DNA of 64,000 bases. Origin: Eledone cirrhosa. Taxonomy: Eukaryota. Position numbers and translations under genes: made by a program. Shown here piece by piece: positions 52,039 to 64,000 of this stretch. The stretch is taken from contig OZ024742.1 in NCBI GenBank assembly GCA_964016885.1, positions 194,184,001 to 194,248,000 of the forward strand, in the 5' to 3' direction. Under the pieces are notes generated by a model. It was given only the letters and a program-made list of their open reading frames with translations, had not been told where the DNA came from and searched no databases. Numbering within the stretch: the stretch's first letter is position 1; each line of letters begins with the position of its first letter.

Positions 52039-52096
<58 letters not shown>

Positions 52097-52479
52097 ATGA
52101 ATGATTCGAAATATTAGGGATTTAGAGTAGTATGAATATTATTTATCTTGGAACTCTGTACCTAAGAAAAGTTTAAGGGTAGGCTGACCGACAATCGACC
52201 TTGAAACTTATTGTACATAAATCGTATTACTTTCTTCTTTTGCTATTGAAAGGTTTTAAGTTTGATCGTTGGGCATCCTATCGTATAATACACACATACA
52301 CACATACACACATACACACATGTGTGTGTCAGTGAACATTTTGAACACATTCTACTGTTACATATCGTGTTCTTATTCGTTACGGAGCCTTTAGTGAGAT
52401 TATTTTATAATTACATAATAAATTACAGGTGAACTTCCTTCTGGAAGACTTGAATGAATGATTGAAATAATGTAAAAAG

Positions 52480-52970
52480 ATAAAGGAAATATAGGAGTAA
52501 ATGAAGGAGATGAAAATGTGTATGACGGGGAGGATATAAACAGTGGTGTAGGAGGAGGTCGAGGCAATGGAGGAGTGAAAGAAGATTAAAATGAGGCAGA
52601 GAGTGAGTAGACAAGGCAGTGGAGGAGGAGGAGGAGGGGAGCAGGAGGGGGAGGAGTATGAGAATAAGAAGGAGGAGGAGGAGGCAATAGGGAAGGAACG
52701 GGGAGAAGACGACAATGACGTTGGAGAGGAGAAGAACATATCTAAGTGCTGTAGAACGAAAATATAAAAGGGATGTATTTGAGAAGGAAAAGACAAAGGT
52801 TTAGGTGGAGGAATATAGGGAGGAGGAGGATAACCCCAAGGACAATGTCAGCTGCAAAGAATAATAGAAGATTCGAAAAGAAGAATGGAAAGAAGCAGAG
52901 ATAGGGGAAGGAACCAAGCGAAGAAAGAAAAAGAAAATATGAAAATTATAAACTGAAAAAGGAAGTGTTA
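52480..52970. repeat. Purine-rich (GGA/GAA) low-complexity tract
   Basis: Direct read. Confidence 0.8.
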
Positions 52971-55392
52971 TTGGGATTCTCAAAGAATTTTGGCAGATTT
53001 CAAATTAAGTGACATTTATGAAGGGGGATGATTTATGCGCATGAATACATCTGACCTAATATAGATGGAGATATAGCTTTGTTTGCTGAAGCAATGTACA
53101 ATATAATTTGGACGTGGGATTGAAAGAGTTTTATTCGTTTGGATGGTGCTAAATAAAGCGTGAGTTAAGCTGTCCATTGTTTCCCCCCTTAATAGACTTT
53201 CATAATATATTTAGAATAAAAGAGAAATGGAAGAGGGAAACTGCATCATATTTGATGAAGAATGGCTATGGTATTTTTCAATTGAGATATCTTATATGTT
53301 GTATATGTTCAGGTTTGTTGGGTATGCCTTGTCGTACGCACACGTGAATACAGAAATACACACATTTGCACACTCGCAATTGCATACACACTCACACACA
53401 TATATAGGTTGAATGTGCGTGTGTATTTTGAAAACACGACTGTGTTCCAGTTTGATAATTTTTATTACGGATTTTAAGACGTTTTAAAAGCAGAACTTAC
53501 CTAAACGAAATAGACATTCTAGGAAAATGTGTTATTGAAGTATTCCAGATAATTGATCAGTAGAAAAAATGGTGTTTAGATGTAAATTATCGACTGAATA
53601 TGAAAATAGCTACAACATAGATACGACTTCAATGCATTTCGCCCTACACAATCTAGTCCCTACTATTCCTCTCAGAAGGAGAGATTTTCATCTCAAAATA
53701 TCAGAACAGATAAATAAATAAGGTATTCATAACATATTGCTTTGTCTTATTTTCTTGTTCGTTGATTTCGTATTGTCGTGGCTTTCAAACTTCAGATTTT
53801 ATATACAATACGCAATGCTTCAAGCTAACTACAACTTCCTCTTAAACAAAATGGTTTTGCACAAACAGTTCGTCGCACGCGCAATCTACCTGGACATTAC
53901 AGAATTCAAATGGTCCATGGTATTTCGGTTAGACCATATATGGGTTAAGGGTAAGAGTGTGATTGACAGAATTGTGTGATAAACCGGAGAAAAGAAATTA
54001 TCGTATGTTGCATAAATAGGATTCTTCGAATATATTATAAGACGATTTTTGATCCAACGTAGATAAGCTTATCTTCAGAAGTCACATAGCGACTTCTACA
54101 AACCTTGAAGATTTAATGTACGTATATTTCCATACTGATAAGCAACATTGCCGCCCAGTTTTACCAAAGTGTCATTCTAAGAAGGATAATTGAAAAAAAA
54201 CTTATCAAATTCTGTTATCTGATTCAATGAACCTAACTTTTCTATACATTAGCCAAATCAATACCACATAGTAATTTGCTACAATATCAATATATACATG
54301 TTTTCAACAAGTCCACTACACTAATACGTTTTTTCCTTTACAATTTGCGTATATATATATATTTATTCGTTTTATTTTTCTTTCCTGAAATTCAATATAT
54401 AAGATCCTCATAAGATCCGTTTATATGATGAATTCATTACTTTTTATCCTTTTGGGGTTCTTTTGTCATTTATATTTTGGTTTATTTGTTCTGTTATTTG
54501 TTTTTCATTTATTTCTTATTTACACTGCATTTCGTATCCTTTGAACTGCTATGTTCCTTTTAACAATGTACAAGGCTATACACTAGAACGTTTGTAAATT
54601 TTCCCGGGTGAAGTGTGAAGTGAACAGGCTATAAGTTACACGTCAGACAGAATCATAGTTGGAGCGATGCAATTCAGCATAACGCCTGAGAAAGATACAA
54701 GAGCTAGTATAATCACAGAAATATATGTTCGAAATATAGTGATATATATATATATTTATATAAGACAAGCCGTCACCACTTGGCGACGCGGTCGGGATTT
54801 TACATACCACTAAGTATATTATTGCATATACATGTATATACTGCTATTCAGGATTTTTATTGATATCATTATTATTATATATACCTGTTATAATCTACAA
54901 TATACATCTATCTCCAAACATCCCCGTATCTAATTATTTCATATGGGATGTGGAATTTTCTTCGAAACATATTCGCCGATATGCATACATTTCTAATACA
55001 CATAGAGCAATTGTATATAATGCAGACCTTTGATATTAAAAGCTATGCTAGGGATATACGTGATAGAATCCAGTGTACAGGAGCCAATGATTTCTCAGTA
55101 AATGCAGGTCCAGGTAAGCGTTGAACCAAGCCTACCAAAGATATTTAGTAGACATGCACGCACACAGACACTGACACACACACACAAACATATACAAGCA
55201 CGCTTACATATACATATACGTCTCTGTGTCTCTGTGTAAGTGCAATATATTATATGAACATAGATATAGGCATATATACAAGTATCCATGTAGAAATAGA
55301 TATATAGGTATATGGGTATCATATATTTTATTTATCAACAAATCCTACTCATTGCACACACACACGCGCACACACACACATATATGTGTATA

Positions 55393-55447
<55 letters not shown>

Positions 55448-55519
55448 CGTGTGTGCGTAACACATATTTTGATTCCAATTTTCGGCACATACGTGACATT
55501 TCCGTTGCTTATGTAGATT

Positions 55520-58500
55520 GAAAAGGCGCATAACTTACTATATGAAAAGTTTACGTGTTCCATATAATGAAATACTTATTTGTCTCATAAAAGAAAAAAG
55601 TAATATGCGGATTATTGTGATTGTCTCTACGTTAGTGGTAATGGAAGCCATTACCCCAGGTAACGATGACACGCCCACTAAACAAACTGAAAGAGAGCGG
55701 GTAGCGGAGGCAACAAGCCTCCCTACTGAAAGAATAATGATCATTAGAAACATTGAAAAAATGGAGCCTAACCCTAATAAAAAAAATGTGAAAAAAATTG
55801 ACTCGGAGATATTGCCAACATTAATGGGTGCCGTTTCGACTCTTCACGGTGCCACGCCCACTAGCAAAGGTGAAAGAGAAGTAGTAGCTGTGACTACAAG
55901 TCTCTCGGATACTGAAAATATAAGTGAAATTTTTGAAGAAATGGAATCTAACCCCACCGGGAAAAAAAATGTGAACGCATTCACCAACATAAATAACACA
56001 AACACAACAAAAAATGATAATTGTAAAAACAAAAAACAAGAAAACAACCTTATTTCCACAAATCTAAACAGAGAGGGGCGAACAAAATGACGTTCGCTCA
56101 AACCATAAAAAAACCATTGTGTATGAACCTATTGACATTTCGAACATTCGGAAGGATAGACTCTACAGTAGTCTATCCATCCGAATGAAAGATAAATTGA
56201 CGGCCGAAAAACATTCCCTGGCCCAAATTGTTTCCCCCTTATTTACCTTCTTCCCCACTTATTTGGGAAGAAAAACACAAAGATTGACCATGCACAGTAT
56301 CGATCCAGATATTGATTTCTGGGCGGTACTGTGTGGCCTCCTCGACTTGAAAGAGGATGCAGTAATTTCGGAAGGTAAGGCTTCCAGAAACGTGTTCGGT
56401 GGAACTAGCCTGCAAGTTGTGGTGCAAATGCACCCAGAACGAATTGCTAGGATCCCCGACCGCATATTGCTGGATGGGCTTGCCTAGTTACACATCACAG
56501 TAGAGGGTAGACGACCCGCTTGTTACCTCTGTGGTGGCAGAGGTCACCTGAGGGCTGCCAGTTCCCTAGGAAACAAAAAACACCGATTTTGCCCACACCA
56601 ACAACTACAACACTACCAACACAACCTCCGCCACCACCACCACAAAAACAACTAACATCACAAGTTAAAACACAACTGAAAACAATCCCCCCCATCCTCC
56701 ACACAGAAAACAAATACAATAACACCCACACCACAAGCACGAGCCGAAAACGAACCCCTACTCTAGAATACAGGAAAAAGACCCCCTTTCGTCGTCAGAC
56801 GAGGAGGGAGGGGGGGGGGGCACTTTCATGAAGTTAAAAGAAAAAAAAGAAAACACACCACAGGAACACAAATACAAACAACCCCCTCCGCAAGTCATAA
56901 CACAAAAAAAAACACAACAACAAGCAAACAAAAACATCACATAAAAAGAAAAATATGCATATACTTACATAAATACAATAAACAAAAAACTGTTAAACGT
57001 TATTTATAATAACAACTTAATAAAATCCGAAGGTTCGAATTTCGCACAAGCAACGGGGCTTCCCCATCTAAAAATGATAAAAGCCCCAATGGACATTTAC
57101 AAAACGTTAAAAGAGACTTTAACGTCAGACCCATTAACCGTGTCCTCCTAAAATCCCCCCCTCCAGACACCCACACAACTCCAACCCCCCCCCCCACATA
57201 CTGATGTCCCTACACGTCCACAAACCACTACTCCACCCAAAAACCCATCCCCACTCCCATGGAAGTTGTGTGGCCCGGTCCCCGGGACGCAGAGAGGTAA
57301 GTGCCTTTTCTTTTTACCACCAACATGGCTGTGTTTAGAATAGGTTGTCTAAATGCACGTGGCCTGGGCTCACCTTGGAAGCAAGCAATGCTTCTAAATG
57401 ACCTCAGGTCACGATGTATAAATGTGATGGTTATTTGCGAGGCCCAGATCAGCAGCCTTCGTCTAACTGGTCCCCACCTTTGAAGACTTTGAGATGCACG
57501 CATCTCTCTGTCAGCCAGGAGGTGGGTGTGGGGTTGTCGTTCTGCTGCAAAAACATCTGGGTCTCGCTACATAGACGGTACACTTGGACCCGGAGGGTTA
57601 ACTGGTCGTTCTGGACCTCAGCAGTGGTGAAGGCGAAGCTTTTAGGCCGCTCGCCGTCTACGGCCCTTTTGGGTCAACACGGCCGGACTTCTTCCATCGT
57701 CTGGAGACTTTTCTAGGGACGTCCCGCTCCTTGTTTTTAGTGGAGGACTGGAATGGTATCCTAGATGCAAGTTGGGACTATGTACAGGCATGTCCTGATA
57801 GAGGAGGTTGTAACAGCCTCAAGGGGTTAATCGGCCGATTCGATCTGGCCGATAGATATCGACTAGATTTTCCGACTGTGCCAACCTGGACTTGGAGAAA
57901 CGACAGCGGTCAATCTAGATCGTACCTAGATAGGTTCTTAGTTAGAAATAAGGATAGGGACTTTTTAAGTTGTCCAAAAATGCTCATGGCTGGCTATTTA
58001 GACCACAAGTTAGTGACCTCCATGGTCAACCTTGACAGAACGCATTGACAGGGACCCGATTACTGGAAGCTGAACTTGTCCTTATCGGCAAGCAAAGCTT
58101 ACAGGAACCGAATTAGTACATTAGTTAAGGAGCGGTTGACGGGCGACATCGGCAACAGCAGGTGGTGGGGCTCTATCAAAAGAGAGATTAGAGTAGCTTC
58201 AATAGGAGTTAGTAACGAGTTAGCCTCAGATAGAAAGATGAAGGAAAGGGAGTTGGTAGATAGTGTAGAAGAGGCAATTAGAAGCGGCGACGTAGCCAGA
58301 GAGCTAGCGTCGAGAACGGCCTTGGGCCAGTTCTTCGACGCGAAACACGAAGGCTGCGTTGTCCGAAGTAAAATACGTGCTCTGGGAAACGAGGGGTCCA
58401 AAGCTGTTAGCTGGGCCTGCGTTACAGAAGCCAAAAGTGGGACTAGATCCACTATCCGGTCTTTGCGAGACCAGGATGGACGGGTGATCCTTGAAACTAA

Positions 58501-61474
58501 GCAGATGTGCGAGGCCTTTCAAAGGCACGTTGCCCGATTGTTCGGAAGGGACGAGGGGCCGGTTGGGGATGTGGACGTCGGTCCATACCTCGACGGATTG
58601 TTGCGTCTTTCGGACGAGGAGGCGAAGTCCTGCGAGAGGCCGATCTCAGCTGCTGTAATAGGGGACGTGCTGAGCCAGTGCGGCAGACGCAAATCTCCGG
58701 GCCTCGATGATCTTCCATACGAACTGTATTTAAGTATGCCGGACTTGATCTTCGATCTCCTCAAAGCGGTCTACTGCAACAGGCAACAGAACGGGAGACT
58801 TCCCTGTTCTGTGACCAAGGGCATAGTCGCGCTAGTGAAGAAGGACGAGAACAAGGGGGATGAAATAAGTAATTTTAGGCCCATAACACTGCTAAATACA
58901 GAGTTAAAGATTTTGGCCAAGGTGTTGCAAAGAGGTTGGCGTTTGTCGTTGGCAACCTGGTGGGAGATGCGCAGACATGCGCCATCCCGTCCAGGTCCAT
59001 TCACGACAGCCTCCATCTCATGCGATACATCATAGAGGGAGTTGGGAACTAACTCGGCTTTGATGGGCCCTGATCAATTTGGATCAATCTAAGGCGTTCG
59101 ATAGGGTCGACCATCGTTACCTGGATGCGGTGCTAGTGGCGGCAGGTTTCGGGCCCGTTTTCAGGGGCTGGATCACTGCCATGCACAGCAGCCGCATCTG
59201 CTCTAGGGTCAAAGTGAACGGCTACCTCCGGAGCCGTTCGATATCAAGCGGTCCATCCAATAGGGATGCCCTCTCTCCTCCCTGCTCTATGTATTGGCCC
59301 TAGATCCACTGCTGCGGAAGTTGGAGTTGTTACAGAGCATCCCTTTGGAACCGGGATTGTGGAAAGCGGTGTCGGCCTACGCCGATGACGTGACAGTATT
59401 GATGTCAACCGTCTTGGAAATTGGAGTGATCGGCACCTTACTGGAGGAATACGAAACGTTTACAGGCGCTAATCTGAACCGGGACAAGTCAGTCGGTTTG
59501 CAAATCGGTGAATGGAGGGACAAACCGATGGCCTCCAAGCGCGTCGTCGGATGTTGGACGGAGTGCCCGGTGAAGTTGCTCGGAGTCTGGTTAGTGCGAG
59601 ACCTCCAGTTGGAGAAGAACTGGGGTGAGGTATCGAACAGGGTGTTTGCGCTGTCGCGGAAGTGGGCAGAGAACAAACTATCCCTGAAAGGTCGGGCGGA
59701 GGTGGCGAACGCTTATATAGCGTCCGTCATCTATTACCGCCTGACCGTCGTGCCTTGCCCAAGGAAAACGCTCACCAAAATGGACGGCATACCCTTCTAA
59801 TTCCTTTGGAAGAAGCGGGTTCCTTTGTTGAGGAGATCCATCTGATGTCAACACCCTTCGAAAGGAGGGCTGGGGTGCCGTGGCTGCTGATGCGTAAACA
59901 CGCATTAAGCTACGGCACCTCCAGGTAGTCCTTACCGGTCAACCGGTGTGGGCCCCGTTTATGAGGCGAGCCTTTCAGAGACTCGCCTCGCTCACCGAGC
60001 TGCAGTCCTGGGTCAAGCAAAGTCCGAGAAAACTGGGCGCATGGCACACCGAGTGTGCCCAGGCGCTCAAGGCTCTCTGGCAGGCGGACCCGGCTATCGG
60101 TGGAGACTCCACCTCGTCATTCTATAGAGGGCTGGTGGTTAGTAGGTGCGACGACGCCCTCGGACAAGCTCTAGGCATGGAAGAAGGCGAACTGGCCAGC
60201 CTTTTCGGGAGGACATTTGTCCCGGGACCTATGGACAACTTCCAGAGGTCCATGGCCAGGCAATGCTACCGAGGAGAGCTGTCCGTTCGAGAAAAGCTCT
60301 ACAGACACGGGCGTCCGAGTAGAGACCCCTCGAAAAAAATCTGACCGAGATGCGTGCGCGACGAGGAAACCGTTGCGCACGCATTGGTACACTGCTTGGG
60401 CGTTGCCGATCTGTGGGGCTATGTCGAACGACTGCTGTCACGGGTGGGACCAATCCGGTTGACCACTGAATCCAGTGTAACGATCGAGCCGCCTCCCTCT
60501 TCAAAAATGAAGGAGAGGCGGTCTTCCTCTGGGTAATAGCCATTGTGAAAGAGGTGGCATGGTGGACACGTTTGAAAGGGCTGAGGTCGGACACCTTTAT
60601 CTCCGGCCAACAACTGATCCTTTTCTTTAAATACCGACAGACTTATCCGGCAGCGTCGTTGGAGGCAAACCGACAGACTTGTCCGGCAGCGTCGTTGGAC
60701 GCTGGACGGACGGACCGGTGAAATTGCTCGGGGTCTGGTTCGGTTCAGACCTCCAGGTGGAGAAAAACTGGAACGAGGTCACGGCCAAGGCGTTTGCACT
60801 CACCCAGAAGTGGGCAGAGTGCAAACTGTCCCTGAAAGGTCGAGCGGAGGTGGCGAACACTTTCATAGCGTCCGTCATCTACTACCGCTTTACTGTCATG
60901 CCTTGTCCCCGTGAAGACCTCGCCAAGATGGAACGCATGCTCTTCCAGTTTCTATGGAAGAAGCAGGCTCCGCTGGTGCGGAGATCCGTCTGCTGTCAGC
61001 ATCCTTCCAACGGAGGGCTGGGAATGCCGTGCCTGATGATGCGCAAATATGCGCTGAGGCTGCGGCATCTCCAGGCATTCCTCTCCAGACAACAATTGAT
61101 TCCCTTCTTTAAGTATCACTTTAGAAGGAGACTCAGGGTGGAGAGAGAGGCACTACACCCCAGTAAACTTACTGAAAGGTGGGTGAATGAAGCGAAATTG
61201 GCCCGAGTGTTTGGGCCTTCGCTGTTTATAAGCCTGTAGGTTGAGGAAGAGAGCAAAAGGAAGAAAGGGGCACTTGCACAACACGCTCCTGGAGTTGAGG
61301 GTTGTTCTATCGGCGGGGTATTAAACAACCAATTTGTGGCGCCTCCCCCCTATTGGGGATTTCGATTGTTGTAATTGTTTGTTTTTATATTTTTTACACG
61401 ACTGTATGTAAAATCCCCGGCATGTCTTTGTATTGTCCCCTTTTCTTGTGCGCCCTTGTGGCTAATAAAGAAAT
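55520..61474 (+). mobile_element. Near full-length decayed Tx1-like LINE copy 3 with a mosaic 3' end
   Basis: ORF1 remnant with VEGRRPACYLCGGRGHL; ORF2 remnant with APE, RT and zinc knuckle; 3' end CCTTGTGGCTAATAAAGAAA. The 5' boundary is uncertain. Confidence 0.88.
57325..61239 (+). pseudogene. Tx1-like ORF2 (APE endonuclease plus RT) with many stops and frameshifts
   Basis: CLNARGL, ICE, EDWN..LD, SYLDRFLV, LDHKLV (APE); KSPGLDDL, NFRPITLLNTE, DQSKAFDRVDH, YADD (RT). Confidence 0.88.
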
Positions 61475-61854
61475 ATATCTATCTCTCTCTCTCTATATCT
61501 ATATATATATGTGTGTGTGCATGTGTGTGTGTGTGTGTGTGCGTGTGTGTGTGTGAGTATGTATGTGTGTGTGTATGTATGTGTGTATATATGTATAGGT
61601 ATATTATCATCCGCAACTAACAATATCATAAAGTAAGAATAACCGTTAAAAACCTTACTTTTCTCTAAGAAAATCTTTATGGTTTTTTTATGCTTTCTAT
61701 GTTTTATTTCTAACTGACTGAAGAGGTCATAGCTGTTGAATTGTGGCTATCACCGAAATACATCTAACGGTAACAGAAAAAGTAAATTATGAAATCTTGA
61801 CTTATACCTCTTGTTTATCTTTCTCTCTCTCTCTCTATATATATATATATGTAT

Positions 61855-62058
61855 ATAGGAAAATAGTCAGGACCCTGACGGCGGGGCTTCGGCCGTTTCG
61901 ACAGCTATGCAGTTGTAGTTCAGATCTAGCTGTCGAAACGACTGGAGCTCAGCCGTCGGTTCTTGAGTCTTTTCCTATTGCCCACTGTACTACCCCAAGT
62001 ATCGAGTACTCTGGTGCCTTATGGTCCACTTGGTTCCTTACCACACTTCCTTCGTCTT
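61855..62058. repeat. Short fold-back pLTR-like element in (TA)n
   Basis: 61855-61907 pairs with 61927-61978; its 3' end matches 32881-32945 in reverse orientation. Confidence 0.75.
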
Positions 62059-62799
62059 ATATATAATGTGTGTAAAAGGTAAAGAGAAATAACAATCAAT
62101 CGATAGTGTAAGTTATACTTCGGTTTAACGCTTAAGATAACAGGAAATAATTTTAAATGATATAGAATGAGAAGAGAAATTGGCGGGAAAAGAAATGAGA
62201 AAATGGGGAAATAAAATACACGTGCGTTTTCAGTCAGCCAGTTTGGAAATATGCTGGTCAAGGTGTATCTTACACGTTAGGAAGGGAGGCTGTCCGTCTA
62301 TATTTAGGATGGGCATGTGTGTATGAAACAGAAAGATAAAGAAGAACGGAATGTGTTTTAGAAAAAGCACGTCTCTTTTCTAACAGATATTTTGGGGAAA
62401 ATTATTCTCTGGGTATCTGATGTGATAGAGTGGTTTATAAAATCAGATAACCATTGTATGTTTTGAGTGTGTCCGTGCGTGCATGTCTGTGTACGCGTAG
62501 GTTTGTTCATTTGTCTGTACAAATGTGTGAAGGATGGGCGTGTAAACTGACAACTGCAAAGAAGTATACAAATATGTATGTGCATTTCTTCATACATATA
62601 CATACAATTATGGGCAGAAACATTCGCAAGCGGCTCTAGTGAAATAGCGAATAGAATTGAAGGTTGTTTTAAGGCCATAAGAAAAATACATGTTTGTTTT
62701 CAGGTATGGTATATAACGGTACAACCGCAAACGGCTGAACTGTGAACTGTATGTGTATATACAAGAGTGTGCATGGAAAGCAACATTTTGCGAATTGTT

Positions 62800-63265
62800 T
62801 AAGAAGAGTTATGCGACATGCTGTGAAATGTCAATCCTGTGGTTGTGATTTTGGCTGAAAGAATGAGAAGCACTATTTTTTCGACATTTTCTTTCCGAGT
62901 TTAAATCACGCTGTGGTGAATTTTGCATTTAATCATTTCATGGTAGAGAAAATAAAGTAGTAGATAAGCACTAGGGTCGATACCAGTGACTTTATCCCGC
63001 CCCCCTCAAGCTTTTGGTCTTGATCCTAAATTAGAAAGGATTATTATAGCGAGGTGGGTAGACAGTATTGTTAGCACGTCCTACAAAATATTTAGAACTA
63101 TTTAGTTACGACTACTTTCTGTCTTCAAATCTCCCGAGATAAACTTTGCTTTTCATTCTTAATGAGTCGATAAAGTAAAGTACCAGTAACGCACTAGAGT
63201 AGATTTAATCGAAAACAGCCCCAAATAAAAATGTTGCCCTTTTGCCTAATTCAGAAACCATTATA
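62800..63265 (+). mobile_element. Two decayed tandem SINEs of the dominant family
   Basis: GAGTTTAAATC / TTCAAATCTCCCGAG B-box remnants, GGGTCGAT, and AGAAAGGATTATTAT / AGAAACCATTAT tails. Confidence 0.7.
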
Positions 63266-63789
63266 AACGGCAAAGTGTACTTTTTTAAAATAAAGATAAA
63301 TATTTTAAAAGTTAAACGAAACTGTTTATTAAAGTATGTCTACTTTTTTAGGCATAAAAGCCGAAATAAAGAAAAAACATTAACAACGAATTTCACGTAA
63401 CTTTTAAAAGGCAGAAATCGAAGTTTGACTTGGAGTAAAGTCACTTAAATTGGATGAGAAAACCTGACATTCCGAAGAGACTTTCTTAATAATATGCTTA
63501 CATCGAAAGTAAATCTCTTGGGAATAATCAGAAATAGATTTACGTGACAATGCCACGTAAGACTGATCATTTAAGACTGAGTGGAGGACAACAACAGAGA
63601 ATATATTAAACCTGAGGCGTGTTCATCCATATTAACGTTATTCTACTTCAATATATATGTGTGTGTATGTATCTGGTTGTGTAATTGTCTCTATGTGCGC
63701 CGATAAGTACACATATGTGCCAGTCAGTGCAGAATTTATTCTTGTAGATGGATAATATGCATTTCAGTCGCTGTAAATAAATAACCTGC

Positions 63790-63838
<49 letters not shown>

Positions 63839-63886
63839 ACATACATTAATATGTTTACATACATATATGTGTATATATATATTTGA

Positions 63887-63967
<81 letters not shown>

Positions 63968-64000
63968 CATTAATATATATTTATATACATATATATATTA

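Larger units (their letters stand above)
51234..52042. mobile_element. Head-to-head inverted arrays of a ~315-bp hammerhead unit (retrozyme-like)
   Basis: Left arm on - has period 315 (51234/51549); right arm on + has period 317 (51681/51998); inversion near 51663; (TA)n on both flanks. Confidence 0.85.

Overview
Eukaryotic, AT-rich, repeat-saturated DNA with no confidently identifiable host gene. The SINE family, microsatellite load and transposon content suggest a coleoid cephalopod (octopus-like); this is an inference. Bases 1-12.4 kb are a stack of non-LTR retrotransposons separated by (AAT)n tracts: R4/Dong-like elements with a restriction-like endonuclease on +, and Tx1/L1-like elements on -, two of which have lost the APE endonuclease. 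Further along are three Penelope-like elements (Neptune-like 12.5-15.5 kb, Naiad-like 24.3-27.9 kb, a fragment at 45-46 kb), an old R4 relic, a Chapaev3-type DNA transposon with CAC..GTG ends and a TAA target duplication, a near full-length mosaic Tx1 (55.5-61.5 kb), about 15 copies of a tRNA-derived SINE and two minisatellites. Two signals stand out. First, at least seven non-coding fold-back elements sit in (TA)n tracts, most with an intact or decayed type I hammerhead ribozyme, often with U.U at the base of helix II; they include a perfect 794-bp palindrome and two retrozyme-like tandem units (428 and ~315 nt). Second, an (ATT)n-targeting Tx1 shares its 3' tail with the dominant SINE. All calls come from reading by eye; no database search was run, and boundaries of decayed elements are approximate.
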